Origin: Octopus vulgaris
Lineage: Eukaryota
Direction of reading: 5' to 3'
NCBI GenBank assembly: GCA_951406725.2
Contig: OX597831.1
Location: 10,974,001-11,038,000 of the forward strand
Length of the DNA stretch: 64,000 nucleotides
Below the pieces are notes generated by a model that was not told the DNA's origin, made no database searches, and saw nothing but the letters and a program-made list of their open reading frames with translations. Made by a program: the position numbers and the translations under genes. Below, one piece after another: positions 1 to 13,304 of this stretch. The stretch's first letter is position 1. Every line of letters begins with the position of its first letter.

Positions 1-239
1 GCCCAGTGGTGAAATTTTCTGTATGTCATATGTGTTTGTAAGTCCTGGTGTTTTTGTTATGTATTTGTCTGAATATTTTTTAGCTTACCTAATGCGCCTA
101 CTATGATAGGAATTGTTTCTGTTTTTAGATTCCACATTCGAGTTACCTCTATTTCCAGGTCTTTGTATTTTGTAAGTTTCTCCATTTCTTTTAGGGACAC
201 GTTGTCATCTGCTGGTATTGATAGATCAATTAGAAAGTA
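1..239 (-). mobile_element. 5'-truncated Dong/R4-like non-LTR retrotransposon, restriction-like endonuclease C-terminus (frameshifted; runs off window start)
   Basis: Manual minus-strand translation: [51 protein letters not shown], then after a frameshift [16 protein letters not shown]. This is the typical R4/Dong RLE motif (ID..IP.D.N...KE.EK..KY.DL...IPI.VGALG). It abuts (ATT)n. Confidence 0.85.
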
Positions 240-242
<3 letters not shown>

Positions 243-304
<62 letters not shown>

Positions 305-340
305 GTCGCTGTTGCTGTTGTTGTTGTTGTTGTTGTTGTC
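243..340. repeat. (ATT)n followed by (GTT)n microsatellite
   Basis: Directly visible; the (GTT)n part reads (CAA)n on the minus strand as the tail of the adjacent RTE fragment. Confidence 0.95.
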
Positions 341-600
341 ATCGTTATTTCGCCCGTCGTTGTCGAAGATGGCCAAGAACATCACGCGAGGGAAGATGGG
401 TTGTGGCCGGCTGTGGCCGATCCATTCGAGGCGAGTTCAGAAAGCTCTGTTGCAGGCCAGGCCCTGTTGGTCTGCTGGTGCTGAAGGCAACGAGCTGGTT
501 CTGGATTTGCGTTGTTCGTGCCTTTTTTTCTGCCCCTGAAATCCTGTTCTGTTCGTAGGGGCAAGTTTTTCGGTCTTTCGTATGAGCTTGTCAGTATAGT
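305..600 (-). mobile_element. RTE-clade LINE 3' end with (CAA)n tail
   Basis: Minus strand gives a degenerate KRHEQRKSR...ACNRAF*TRLEWIGHSR (decayed C-terminal zinc-finger-like segment), then GCCATCTTCGACAACGACGGGCGAA and (CAA)n, typical of RTE/BovB-like 3' ends. Confidence 0.65.
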
Positions 601-1188
601 AGTAATACTAACTTTTCCGTAAATCAGATTTTTGGCAAATTTCCAAACAGAAAAATATTTGGTAGAGCATTTAGTGGAATATATGTCATCAAGAATATTT
701 AAGTCTATTCCAGAGCCAGAGAGCGCATGGTGTCCTCAAGAAAAGCACTTAATTTCACAGTGTTGCAGTCCAATCAGCTGAAAACACGTATCCACAGTTA
801 CGAGAGGTAACCGTATGACAAACCGGCGTTCTGTCCAGGTTGAATCTCATTAGATTAATACTTTTAATAATACTAGAAACCGCCCATTGCATTATTTTCC
901 GGTTTAAGTGGTTATACGGATTGCAATTAATATTTTAAATGCAAACACGTCTGAAACCACTTTGTTATCCCCTTGACTAAAATCATGATTCTGTTTCTTA
1001 ACAGAATTTACTCAAGCCAGTGATTTCTCTTCTGCTGCAGCTTAAACGTCTTCGCCCTATCTGTTCTTAATCTTCAGCTTTTGGTATCCAGTCTTCTCTC
1101 TGTTAAAGATCCGGTTCTTTTTATTGGTTGCAGATGTGTCTGTAAACTCGGTTTGCAAACAGCACGCTTCATGACATCACATCCTAGT

Positions 1189-1419
1189 ATACCTATTTCT
1201 TTATTACCCACAAGGGGCTAAACACAGAGGGGACAAACAAGGACAGAAATAGTTATTAAGTCGATTATATCGACCCCAGTGCGTAACTGGTACTTATTTA
1301 ATCGACCCCGAAAGGATGAAAAGCAAAGTCGACCTCGGCGGAATTTGAACTCACAACGTAACGACAGACGAAGTACGGCTACGCATTTCGCCCGGCGTGC
1401 TAACGTTTCTGCCAGCTCG
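1189..1419 (-). mobile_element. tRNA-derived SINE family A (tail type i)
   Basis: Reverse complement has a head GAGCTGGCAGAAACGTTAG (A-box-like), B box GAGTTCAAATTCC and central GTCGACTTTGC.TTTCATCCTTTCGGGGTCGAT; more than 15 related copies in the window. Confidence 0.9.
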
Positions 1420-1612
1420 TGGTAACGCCACTTCTCACATACAGTGGGTTTTAGTTGGGATTTGTTTTAATCCGCTGATCCATCAGAAATGGCTGCCTAA
1501 AGTCACTAGTTTTACAAGTCAGTTAAAGTCCTTGTACGATGCCACATATCGGCAGTCACTTAAACTGACTCCAATTCTTGATTTTATTAACAGAGTTATG
1601 GATCAGAGCTAC

Positions 1613-1870
1613 GGAGGTGTGTGGCTTAGCAGCTAAAGTGCTGCACTCACGATCATCATAAAATCGTGGTTTCGACTCCCATACCTGATGCTGCGTTCCG
1701 TTTTTGAGTAGAAACACTCCATTAATTCACGCTACTCCAGTTTATTCAGCTGGGAAGTTAAACCTGCGACGGACTGGCGACACATCCAGTGGAGAGTGTT
1801 GTAGTCCCAATCACTATGGAAACCAAATAAAGCTCCGATTTTATGAGTTCAAGGGCTCAGCACAGACCCC
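1613..1870 (+). mobile_element. Decayed tRNA-derived SINE (older relative of family B)
   Basis: GGAGGTGTGTGGCTTAGCAG...GGTTTCGACTCCC A/B-box-like head; similar to the head at 29040-29145 (-). Confidence 0.55.
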
Positions 1871-2324
1871 TACAGATGTAGAATTAGCTACGATGATCCA
1901 CCTTTTCCCACATCCTTCCTTAGAAGCACCTCTATATTTCAGATCAAACCGAAGCGAATATTTGCACAGTTCTGTCCGTTGAGATAAACACCAGGTATTA
2001 CAGGTTCAGACAAGTTTAAGACGTCGTCACGCAACTCCAAGGTTTAGGGTTCCGATAATGTCCAAGACCAGTTTTGCCAACAAGATCCTTGTTGCTTTCC
2101 TCCAAAGTTCTTCAATCTTATCTAACTCGCTAGTCTAACCGTTGTTGGTCTCGCGCCCAAAACAGTCCTTGCAGCTATTTCTAGCAACTCAATCCTACAG
2201 ACCACACCCCGTTCCATGCGCTGCTTCTGTTCTTATTATTATAACCGATATTGGTTTAAGAGTTTCTGAAGCACTTGGCACCTTCGCCGATGTTGTTACT
2301 ACAGTTAGTTATTCTATTCCCCTG

Positions 2325-2710
2325 TGGAGGCGCAATGGCCCAGTGGTTAGGGCAGCGGACTCGCGGTCATAGGATCGCGGTTTCGATTCACAGACCGAGC
2401 GTTGTGCGTGTTTATTGAGCGAAAACACCTAAAAGCTCCACGAGGCTCCGGCAGGGGATGGTGGTGATCCCTGCTGTACTCTTTCGCCACAACTTTCTCT
2501 CACTCTTACTTCCTGTTTCTGTTGTACCTGTATTTCAAGTGGCCGGCCTTGTCACTCTCTGTGTCACGCTGAATATCCCCGAGAACTACGTTAAGGGTGC
2601 ACGTGTCTGTGGAGTGCTCAGCCACTTACACGTTAATTTCACGAGCAGGCTGTTCCGTTGATTCGGATCAACCGGAACCCTCATCGTCGTAACCGACGGA
2701 GTGCTTCCAT
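2325..2710 (+). mobile_element. tRNA-derived SINE family B, full length
   Basis: A box TGGCCCAGTGG, B-box-like GGTTTCGATTC; TSD TATTCTATTCCC at 2310-2321 and 2712-2723; near-identical to 28070-28457 and 62365-62753. Confidence 0.92.
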
Positions 2711-3034
2711 CTATTCTATTCCCATTAGTTTCAAATATTTCTTTCAACCTTCTCTGACAGAGGAGACTGGATAATTCCATTGTGCAAATATTCCTCCACT
2801 ACTACATCTGTAACCATTTCCAAATAGTTTGTTTCGGCAAACGTTGGGTAATAAAGCTCGATTATTTTTCCCTCGGAGGGAAGATATTAAACAACAAAAT
2901 GCTCTCTTTAGTTACTGAATATGTTACAAAGTCAGTGATGCATTAAAGTGCGACTAAATTTATCGGAGAAAACATATTGGTCCGAAATTTTTAAGAATTT
3001 TGCTTTCAAGTCAGACTCAGTCAGCAATCAGCGA

Positions 3035-3452
3035 GTTGGTAGTGGTAATGGTGGTGCTGGTGGTGGCGGTGCTAGTGAGAATATTGGTGCTGGTGGTGGT
3101 GGTTGTGGTGGTGGCAGCGATGCTAGTGATGATATTGGTGGTGCTGGTGGTGGCGGTGGTAGCGGTGCTAATGATGATATTGTTGCTGTTGCTGGTGGTG
3201 GTGGTGGTGGTGGTGGTGGTATTAGTGATGCTGGTGGCGACGGTGCTAATGATGATATTGGTGGTATGGGTGGTGGTGGTGCTGCTGCTGTTGGTTGTTG
3301 TAGTATCGTTGGTAGTGGGAGTATTGGTTGTTGTCGGATCGGTGGTGGTGGTGGTGGTACCGTTGGTAGTGGGGGTATTGGTTGTTGTCGGGTTGGTGGT
3401 ATTGTTGTTGTTGGTGGTGCTGGTGGTGGTGGTGGTGTTGGTGGTGGTGGCA
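3035..3452. repeat. Degenerate (GGT)n trinucleotide low-complexity tract
   Basis: GGT/GAT/GCT/GTT triplets; open in several frames only because the repeat lacks stop codons. Confidence 0.9.
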
Positions 3453-3915
3453 GTCGTTCTTCCAATCAACCAAAGAAACTCTATTTCCATTGGGTGTTTG
3501 TTTTCTAATTGTTGACACAGTCTTACAGTTGCAACCACAGACGATATCACAATTCTTCGGGGACGGTGCGATATTTGAATTCAAAAGGCACAGAGCCGGA
3601 ACGCTTACTACAAAGTATCCTTTGTGATCATGTAAATATTTTGCAAACTCTCTGCTATCCACCCTTAGACTAGGATTTTTTTATTGACCCTGAATTTAAG
3701 AAATACAAAATTGACGTGGTAGTGACTTGAACTCGGAGTACAAAGAATCGGATGAAACAGCACGAAGCGTTTTATCCAAGGGCCATAATGACTCTATCAT
3801 TTTACCAACAAAGTAGTCAATGGTTCCTCACTCACAAATAAAAAGCATCATAACTAAATGCTCAAGACATTTTTGTCCGGCACCGCCAATAATAATAACA
3901 ATGATTATAATAATG

Positions 3916-3980
<65 letters not shown>

Positions 3981-4191
3981 CTTTGCTGCTGAAGACACAT
4001 GGTCTGAAGTGTTGGGGGAGGGGACTCGTCGATCACATCGACCGCAGTGTTTCACTGGTACTTAATTTATCGACTACGAAAGGATGAAAGGCAAAGTGGA
4101 CTTCGGCGGAATTTGAACTCAGAACGTAGCGACGGGTGAAATACCGTTAAACATTTCGGCTGGAGCGCTAACGCTTCTGCCAGCTCGCCGT
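3981..4191 (-). mobile_element. SINE family A (tail type ii) between (AAT)n 3888-3980 and (GAA)n 4199-4284
   Basis: GGATGAAAGGCAAAGTGGACTTCGGCGGAATTTGAACTCAG...CTGCCAGCTCGCC; tail carries GGGGGAGGGG. Further decayed copies lie at ~3670-3810, ~4285-4445 and ~4636-4790. Confidence 0.85.
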
Positions 4192-5857
4192 CTTGGAGGA
4201 GAAGAAGAAGAAGAAGAAGAAGAAGAAGAAGAAGAAGAAGAAGAAGAAGAAGAAGAAGAAGAAGAAGAAGAAGAAGAAGAAGAATTCTTTCTAAGACCAG
4301 CAGTTTTGAGAGAAGGTGTAAGAGGATTTAATCAACTTCAGTACTTTATTTTATCGACCCCCAAATGCAAAGTTCTCCAGGTGGGATTTTACACCAGAGC
4401 GTAAAGAAGTTGAAGAAATGCCATAACAATTGTGCCAGTTCACTGATTTTTTTATAGCTTCAAATTCCGGTACAAGGCTGAGATGTTACATGCATACTGA
4501 TTGGATTTCGCTGATGCACCAACGCCCACAACAAACTGCATCGAGTCATCAGATTGTATCTAGAGTTTCTGTAAGAAAGTAGCTATGGTGAGAGCCTAGG
4601 TTTTATAGGTTATTGTTAATATCAATTTATAATTTTGTGTTAAAATTTCGCCGAGGCCGAATTTTTCTTTCACCCTTTCGAGGTCGATGAAAAACATACC
4701 AGTTGAGTACTGAGGTCGATGGAACAAATTTACCCCTTCTCCCACAAAAAAAAACATTGCGGGCCCTGTGCCAAAGTTTGAAATCAATATTAATTTATCA
4801 TTTTGTATCTGTAAATATTTAAACCACATTATTTACTAGAATATTGCTCAGAAGTATTTTTTTACATTATATACATCGTAAATAACTAAAACGGTTAATA
4901 TATTATAGCATTAAATATATAAATTAATATTATTAGTATATATATAGTATATATATTAATATATACAGACAATTAATATAATGCTTAATATGTCTTTTTA
5001 TGTATACTAACAAATGTGCTTTTTGGTCTTTATCAATTATGTGAATATATTTTTCTTATTTTCTCTACCGGTGAGAAATCTAAAGGGTTGCAACAGGTGA
5101 AGTTTATATAATTATAACTTAAATTATAAAAGGTAAACGTAGAAATGGGGATTGTCATTTAAACGGTGAAAATAACATTTCTGCCCTATAAGAAATGTAT
5201 TTTTTAGAAAATAACTGCGTTAAATGTTCATCTGCAAATATGAAAACCATGTATAAAAAATATGTATAGCATAAATAAAGAGTACTCGAAAAAAAAATTA
5301 AAACCGAAAATGTATTGGAATATATCGATAAAACTGTACGTGTTATAAACAATAATAAAAAACAATAATGATTAGAATAAGTTGAAAAATAATTCCCAAA
5401 CCAGTCTGGTGTGGCTGCCTTTAAATTATAGACTCATACTTTAAAAATTCAGCGTGAAAACTGTGCACACAATTTTCACAAATATACCTCTTTTTTAAAA
5501 TAAAAGAAAAAAAATTTAAATACATACAATTTGATACAAACGAAAATCACATGAGATGTCCGCCATAATGTCTCCAACAGTTCATATGAGTCAAGTGAAA
5601 TCGTGTGATTCTTGCTTTATTGAAATGATAAACTTTATCTACGAAGTGTTCTCATGCAACAATATCTAAATATATGTAATATTTGTGGACCATGGAGGGT
5701 ATTGAAAAGCTCATTTTGTTCTCAATATCAGAGCTGATCAAACATATTTTTTCTATTGCTATATTTTCATACACCAACACAAAATTCTATGGTTAGTTAG
5801 TTTTGCACGCAATAAAGCAAAAAAGTAAACTTCTTTTTTAAACGTCCCCATTCTGTC

Positions 5858-5858
5858 A

Positions 5859-5922
<64 letters not shown>

Positions 5923-6019
5923 ATATATCTTATATCTATCAAGCTGTAGTTCTCTGTTCCTTGCCATTAATTTCGAACGGAATTCATGAAAGTATAAGTG
6001 GTTCTACAGACTATAGCTA

Positions 6020-6095
<76 letters not shown>

Positions 6096-6215
6096 TTTAT
6101 ATATATTTATATATATATATGTACATGCATATATGTATAAGTACACACATATATATATATATGCATATATATATGCACATATGCATATATATGTGTGTGT
6201 GTGTGTGTGTGTGCA
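5858..6215. repeat. (TA)n/(TG)n compound microsatellite
   Basis: Directly visible. Confidence 0.95.
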
Positions 6216-6414
6216 TCTTCATTCTTTTTCATCTAATTTTGTGTCTTCTCTACTTCACTTTACCACCATGAACTTTTCTCTGGTCACGCTCGTCTTGCTA
6301 TTCTTAGCTAATTATGGGGGAATTTTTCTGCCCAGACACACCTTATTTTCATCGAATATTACATCCATTTTCTCTAACTTCAGGGCTACATTTTGCCTCT
6401 GTTATTATTTGTAA

Positions 6415-6841
6415 GACTGCCGTATGCTTCAGTATATTTTCGTAGGCATTGAAGGTCGTTCACTTCTGTGTTATGCTTCTTGTGACTCAAACATCGAATA
6501 TTTCCGCTCTAGAATCTCTGTTTGCCTATCTAACGGACTTCCATACTCTTCCTTTCTCTCCCTACCTATCATTCTATCGTATATACACACACCAACACAA
6601 ACACCGACACACATACACACACACATATATACATATCGATTCCACATATTTCAGCTGCTCTGTCTACAGTATCTTCCTTGTTTCTCTCCGTGTTTCTTTT
6701 CTGTGTATCTTTCTGTTGAAGAGCGTAGGCTCGAAACGTAAAAAACCTGTTTTATTTATATTCCTGAGCGCCATACTAATACAATTGTTTGTTTGTATTC
6801 CACCTACCTTCGTCTTTTGTTAATTTTCATAAAGCTTCCCG

Positions 6842-6886
<45 letters not shown>

Positions 6887-7240
6887 AAATGAAAGTTGAA
6901 AATGTCGAGAATATATTAGAAGTAATTAGAATTTAGTTATATCTTAATTATATAGACATACACTTGACTGGTTTATATTAGATTTTCAAAAGTGTGTATT
7001 ATATGGAGCTAAGTCATCGAAATTATTTCCGCTCTAGAATCTCTGTTTAATTAGTGATGGTGTTCAGAATACTCTTCCGTTTCTCTCCCTACCTATCATT
7101 CGTCATCGTATATACACACACCAACACATAACACGCTTTTCTCCACACACATCTGACATATATACATATACATACATACATATATATGTATTTATATTTT
7201 TTTCTCTCCTTGTTTCTCTCCGTGTTTCTTTTCTGTGTAT
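6415..7240 (+). mobile_element. Penelope-like terminal-repeat remnant with a partial internal direct duplication
   Basis: ATTTCCGCTCTAGAATCTCTGTTT...ATACTCTTCC.TTTCTCTCCCTACCTATCATTC occurs at ~6500-6600 and again at ~7024-7130; carries a hammerhead-like motif at 6708-6746; interleaved with (TA)n. Confidence 0.55.
6708..6746 (+). ncRNA. Minimal hammerhead-like motif with variant core (CUGUUGA)
   Basis: TCTTT CTGTTGA A GAGC GTAG GCTC GAA ACGT A AAAAAC; same architecture as the intact motif at 29627-29661. Confidence 0.5.
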
Positions 7241-8679
7241 ACATAATTCGCCAAACAGCTCCATATAGTGTACACATTTGAAAACCTAATGAGAAATGAG
7301 TCAGGTTTATTCCTATATTCAAATATAATCAAATTATAATTAATTCTAGTATATACTCAATGCCTTTTTAAACTTCGTTTCTTCTATTCCTGCACTTGTT
7401 TGGATGAATAACAATATATATATATATATATATATATAAATATATATTTATTTATTTATACAGAGAGAGAGAGAGAGAAATAAACATAAATATGTTTATC
7501 TATCCGTGTGTCTATCTATCTATAAAATGCTGTGATGAAAGCTGTGATAGATTAAAGCTACGAGTTTCTCTGAAGTTTTTCAATAATAAATTCAAGGATC
7601 TTTTGCCATCATTTGCTATGACAATTGAACATTTATAAGAACAGGACAATTTGTTCCTAAATAATATCGTTTCACAACATTCATATTATACGATCCATAA
7701 TGCCCAAAGCTATTTTTTCTTCCTCAACCACGATCACCGCTATGGAATTTCATATTCTTTGGATCTAAACCTAGATCTAACACTAACTTTAACATTAACC
7801 ATACCCCCAAGCCTAATTCCGCTTTTTATATATTTTTTTGTTCATCCTTGTTAGGAATCCCTACAATCAAATAATATTTCATTGTTGCAGAAATTCCTGT
7901 AAGAGGAAACTTATGGTATATTTTATTAAAAGATTGATGAGCGGTAAACCAGCACACGACTTATAATAAACCGCTATCAACATTCACTTGCATAGCGTTT
8001 CGATAAATATGAATAAATTTCTGTGCGGCATAACTTTTCTTCTTTACAACGTCGCTGCGAGATATCGACAATTTCTATGTGTCCTACCCTGGGCATCAGG
8101 AAGGATTGCCTTTTATCTTAACATTCTGTTTTTCATTTTAATGGAATAGAATTCTAAGGATCAAGTTGCTCTAGGAATGTTGCATGCTGCCTCATTGTAA
8201 ATGGGTTTTGTAAAGATATTCTCATGCATTTTGTATGCTGTATGCATAGATATTACACGTTATGAATTTTATCTTCATTTTGTGAGATTTCCTTCCTGAG
8301 AAATACTTTCTTGAAATTTTTCTATACATACGTATGAAAAATTCTTTCTAAAGCTATTCCTTACTTCCGATTCATATGTCGTTTTCTGTTGAAATAGAGA
8401 TATTGCGACTGTCATGTCAACTACAGCACAACGTATGAATGAGGAAATCTTTAGGTGGTCGCAGCACCTGCTAGATATGGAAACCAAATCTCAATCATAA
8501 CACCCATTACTATGTTAATAAAAGTAATAGCACGTTAAGATAATCAACACCGTCTGAAATAGGTGATGCCTGACATGACGGGAAGTTTTCTATTGAAATT
8601 CTTTTGATTATAGGTCTGAACACTTTGGGCGGATCTGGGATAAATTACTAATACTGCTACTACTACTATAACTACTACA

Positions 8680-9061
8680 GCTGTTGCTGTTGAGCGAACG
8701 GTCTTCGTCCCAGAGCTCGCAAGATGGGAGAAGTCCGAAACGTGGTCCTTTGATATTCGTAAGACCCGCAAAAGAGAAAGCAGGTCAACCCCCGACACCG
8801 AGAGCATCGACGGATGGATGAATGCGCATCCAGACTCAGCGGTTGCGTAGGAAGTCGGGGATAAGAAACAGGAAGAGAGAGTGAGAGAAAGTTGGAGCGA
8901 AAGAGTACAACAGGGGTCGCCACCACCCCCTGCCGGAGCCTCGTGGAAGCTTTTAGGTGCTTTCGCTCAATAAACACACACACAACGCCCGGTCTGGGAA
9001 TCGAAACCGCGATCCTCCGACCGCGAGTCCGCTGCCCTAACCACTGGGCCATTGCGTCTCC

Positions 9062-9063
<2 letters not shown>
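8680..9063 (-). mobile_element. SINE family B head/body with an alternative 3' tail
   Basis: 8865-9063 matches family B; 8680-8865 is unrelated to the tail of the other B copies and ends in (CAA/CAG)-type repeats on the minus strand. Confidence 0.8.
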
Positions 9064-9140
<77 letters not shown>

Positions 9141-9148
9141 ATGATGAT
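9062..9148. repeat. (CTG)n-(GAT)n microsatellite
   Basis: Directly visible. Confidence 0.95.
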
Positions 9149-9465
9149 CTTTTCTTCCATATAGGCAAAAAAAAGCCTGAAATTTTGGCGGACGAGTGAC
9201 TTGTCGATTACATCAAACCATGAATTCGACTTGATTCTTGTTTTATCGTCCACTGTAATTCTTAGAATAAGAAAACAAAAAAACTTTGTTGCATTTTATT
9301 TTATTTTGTTTTGTATTTTCTTTGTTTTTTTCTGGCAGAATAATGGGAAGACATAATAGCTGTGACGTATCAATATTTTTCAACCAATTATTAGAAAGTA
9401 GAAAGGAAACCCATAATTTAAAGATTGCTATATTTGTCGACGGACCGAGTGACAACTGAATTTCT

Positions 9466-9518
<53 letters not shown>

Positions 9519-10429
9519 TCTTCACTCTCAGACAAAGATCAACGGCCTAGAATTTCACTCTTTAGGACAAATGAATATATTGAAGTCTTTTATCAACTTC
9601 GCCTTTTTTGCAATGTCTTCAATCTCTACTGACATGTTAGCTTTACTTCTACTTGTCAAACTCTGCGCTTCACTTCAGATATTTTTTGGTTCCATTCAGT
9701 TCTTCTCTCTCCCTTTATCCGTTTTAAACCACTCAAAATGTCAGGAAACTTTTCTCCTCACAATAAACAAACTTATCCAAATTTGTGAACTTTGCTAAAT
9801 GAATTTCTCCGACGTTGACAAACTCTACTCTCTTAGAACCATGATGTTTATGTTATATTTTATTTATTAACCGATTCGAAATGATGCAGAATTAAACGTC
9901 ATGTCCAGAAATACAACGAAATACCTTTTAACGTCGAAATCACAAACTATAAATCGTCAATTACCGGTTAAATAATCTTTTCTCGCTCGGCTGTTGCATC
10001 TTTAAACAATGCCATAATCTGATGATATAAATTTCGACCACCATCCTGTAATTACTAACTGCCGAAGACAGAGCAATAATTAAGAAGAAGAAATGATGGC
10101 AACACTGTAGTGAAAATGGTGGTAAACCAATCACTTTATATCAATTTCTAAACAGGCAGTAACAGCAACTGACCACAGGACAGGAAAGGAAACGATCAAT
10201 GCGGTTTGTAGTCTGTTAACGACACTGCATTATTGTCCCATCTTGTTAAATCGTTGAACTTAATTGTAGGTAATGACCAAAAGAGAGTAATAGATTTAAA
10301 CAACAGCGGTAATTAGAGCGCTAAGGATATTCTGATTGTCTCTTACAGGTTAAGGTGTGACAAGGACGAAACGGAGTGGATTTACTCACGGTGTATGACT
10401 TCGGTGGTGTCTTCATTGGATATATATCT

Positions 10430-10849
10430 ATTTCTTTACTACCAACAAGGGGCTAAACACAGAGAGGACAAACAAGGACAGACAAACAGATTAAGTCGTT
10501 TATATCGACCCCAGTACGTAACTGGTACTTATTTAATCAACCCCGAAAGGATGAAAGGCAAAGTCGACCTCGGCGGAATTTGAACTCAGAAAGTAACGGC
10601 AGAGGATATACTTATTTTTTTACTACCCACAAGGGGCTAAACACAGAGAGGACAAAAAGGACAGACAACCGGATTAAGCCGATTTTATCGACCTCAGTGC
10701 GTAACTGGTACTTATTTAATCGACCCCGAAAGGATGAAAGGCAAAGTCGACCTCGGCGGAATTTGAACTCAGAACGTAGCGGCAGACGAAATACCTCTAA
10801 GCATTTCGCCCGGCGGGAAAACGATTCTGCCAAGCTCGCTGCTCTTTCG
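10430..10849 (-). mobile_element. Dimeric SINE family A inserted as one unit
   Basis: Two tandem type-i monomers, the downstream one lacking the A-box head; single TSD TTGGATATATATCT at 10416-10429 and 10850-10863. Confidence 0.88.
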
Positions 10850-11615
10850 TTGGATATATATCTGTTGGTTAAAAATCATAACCGCTTTAGAAAAATAATG
10901 CCTTCTCCGGTGAGTGTGGAATTTTTTGATTTTTTGATTGCCTTGGACATTGAGCCAATGTCCAAGGCAGTCACGTGGATGGCGATAATTATGAACGTAA
11001 GCTCACGGAAGGACACGAACTCAGCTTTGTGAGCGAGCGAGTTAAGGAATCTCTGGATGCTATTTGGTCAATCTGTAGATTAGAAATAGCAACCTAATTT
11101 CCCTTAAAACACATCCTGTCAATTATAAAGGGTGCGTTAGAAAATGTAGTCACTTATTTACCTTCTTTTAGAGATTCACCCTGCGGTGTCCTCTCACTAG
11201 AGAAACTATTGTGGACCACCGACCACTTTCTGGTATTGTATGCATTTTTATTGTCTGTTAGCACCATCCATATGCTCTTAGGATGTGTGGAGCAAAAACA
11301 AAAAGCAGAGCGGGTGCAGCAAGGATGCATATTAAAAGTGGGGAGCCATCTGTGCGATATTAGGGTGGGATAGACGTTAATTCATATATTCAAATTTATA
11401 TATTTAAAAACATCCAGGCGAATAATTTCTTCCTGAAATTAAGATAAAGGACAACATAGAAGTAGACTGAATAATGTGGCAATGCAGGAGTTTAAGACAT
11501 TGTTATCACTTTTGGCCGTCGGCGTTTAGTAATGTTTTGGTTGGCGGTCGGTGCCTACGATCAACTTGTCATAGGCTTCGGCTATACGGCATTGTTGTTC
11601 GTAGTTGTTGTTATT

Positions 11616-11667
11616 ATACACATACAGACACAAACGTGTATATGTACACATGCACATACATTCGGAC

Positions 11668-11748
<81 letters not shown>

Positions 11749-11829
11749 TATATATATATAAATGTCTATTTGCCTACTCAAAGTGGCAGTCCTGCGTTGA
11801 ACGATGTTACTACTTTTTAGCCCTAGGAA

Positions 11830-11896
<67 letters not shown>

Positions 11897-11932
11897 ACAG
11901 ACATGTGTGTATGTGTGCGTGCGTGCGTGTGT
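11616..11932. repeat. (CA)n, (TA)n, (TG)n microsatellite cluster
   Basis: Directly visible. Confidence 0.95.
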
Positions 11933-13269
11933 CTTACAGTTTTGGAATTGTGTAGAGCGTGGAGTAACCCCTTACCATTATTTCAAGGTTCGTTCTGACC
12001 CGGAACAGAGTATGCTGTGAGGGAAATTATCCCTGCAATTTTTAACCTATCGCTTGATGACATACCATACAGGTACTTATTAATTCCTTGGCTCACACGC
12101 TTGCACATTTGAGCTTTAGCGATTTTGTGAGCTTATCTTCGCAATAAGAACCACTCTCGTGACCCCGTTTTTAATTATAATACACCACAATCACCCTACT
12201 ACGAAAAGTACCCAACAACTTCTACATTAAATATATCAGGCCGAACTTAACTAATTATATATGTTTCATCCAAGATTCATTTCATTAAATAAAATTGTCT
12301 TATCAGTGAATGAGCCGCTCAAAAATCTTAAAATTAGTTAAATGACCTCATAAATACATGCTGCGCAATATTCGGGTGGTAATGTTTAATAAGGTCGAAA
12401 TTTCGCAAGAGTTGTAACCCTAAAATCAGAGTCGTTCTCTACTACTTACCTCCTATTAACATCTCTACAACTTAAATCTCTCCCCTCCTCTGCGTCTCCC
12501 TCACTCTCTCGCTCTTCCTCTTTCGTTTTCTTTCCTGAAAACAAGAAATACTCACGTAAATTGCTTTCCTTTTTTATTGGAAGTTTATTTTCAATCGATT
12601 GACCAAACGTTTTCACTCAAAATATAAAACATTGTAGCCTACTATGGTGTAGCTATATCTTTTCTATGCAAAACATGACCCTTCGGTACCTCATTACCAC
12701 CACTCCTTGGTTGAGTGAAGAGTAAATGACCACCTTGTAGCGATAGCATTCATAGATTAATGCCTGACCAAATACAAAGCCACGGCAGAGTAATAAGAAA
12801 CGAACAACAATAACAGCTGTTGATGTGATAACTAAAGCAAACGATGGCTTATCTTAAATTGAGCAAGTAAACAGAACGGCTGAATCACTGAATACCGGTG
12901 TGCAGCGAACTGTTGCAACATAAATATACCACATACAGTTTATATATATATATATAGGTATGTATGTATATATAACTGCCTTAAATGGCAACGCTGGCGT
13001 TATTATGCTTTGCTGATAATAACTGAAGAATTTTTGCTGTGTTCCGTGTGTGAAGGAGAGGTAGGTGTTTATTTAACTGTTCCCTTGATTCGAGACGGAG
13101 AGAGAAATACCGAAAGAGAGAGAGAGAGAGAGCGAAAGACAGACAGTTAAACAGACAGACTGAGGTTGATAGTGTATTTGCCAATGAAGAGAATGGATAG
13201 ACTGTGTGCATACTTGTGAAGTGACGAATTAATATGAATATTTATGTCTTCGTGTTGAGAACAAGTTTG

Positions 13270-13304
<35 letters not shown>

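Noticed and set aside
1870-2250. Possible RTE endonuclease remnant (minus strand IIGTLN..)
   Set aside because: Too decayed to support from manual translation.
2458-2661. Recurrent 67-aa ORF MVVIPAVLF... (also at 28121 and 62498)
   Set aside because: It lies wholly within SINE B, so recurrence reflects repeat copies.
2948-3662. Gly-, Pro-, Thr- or His-rich protein ORFs
   Set aside because: Several overlapping frames are open only because of the (GGT)n tract; no splice or domain evidence.
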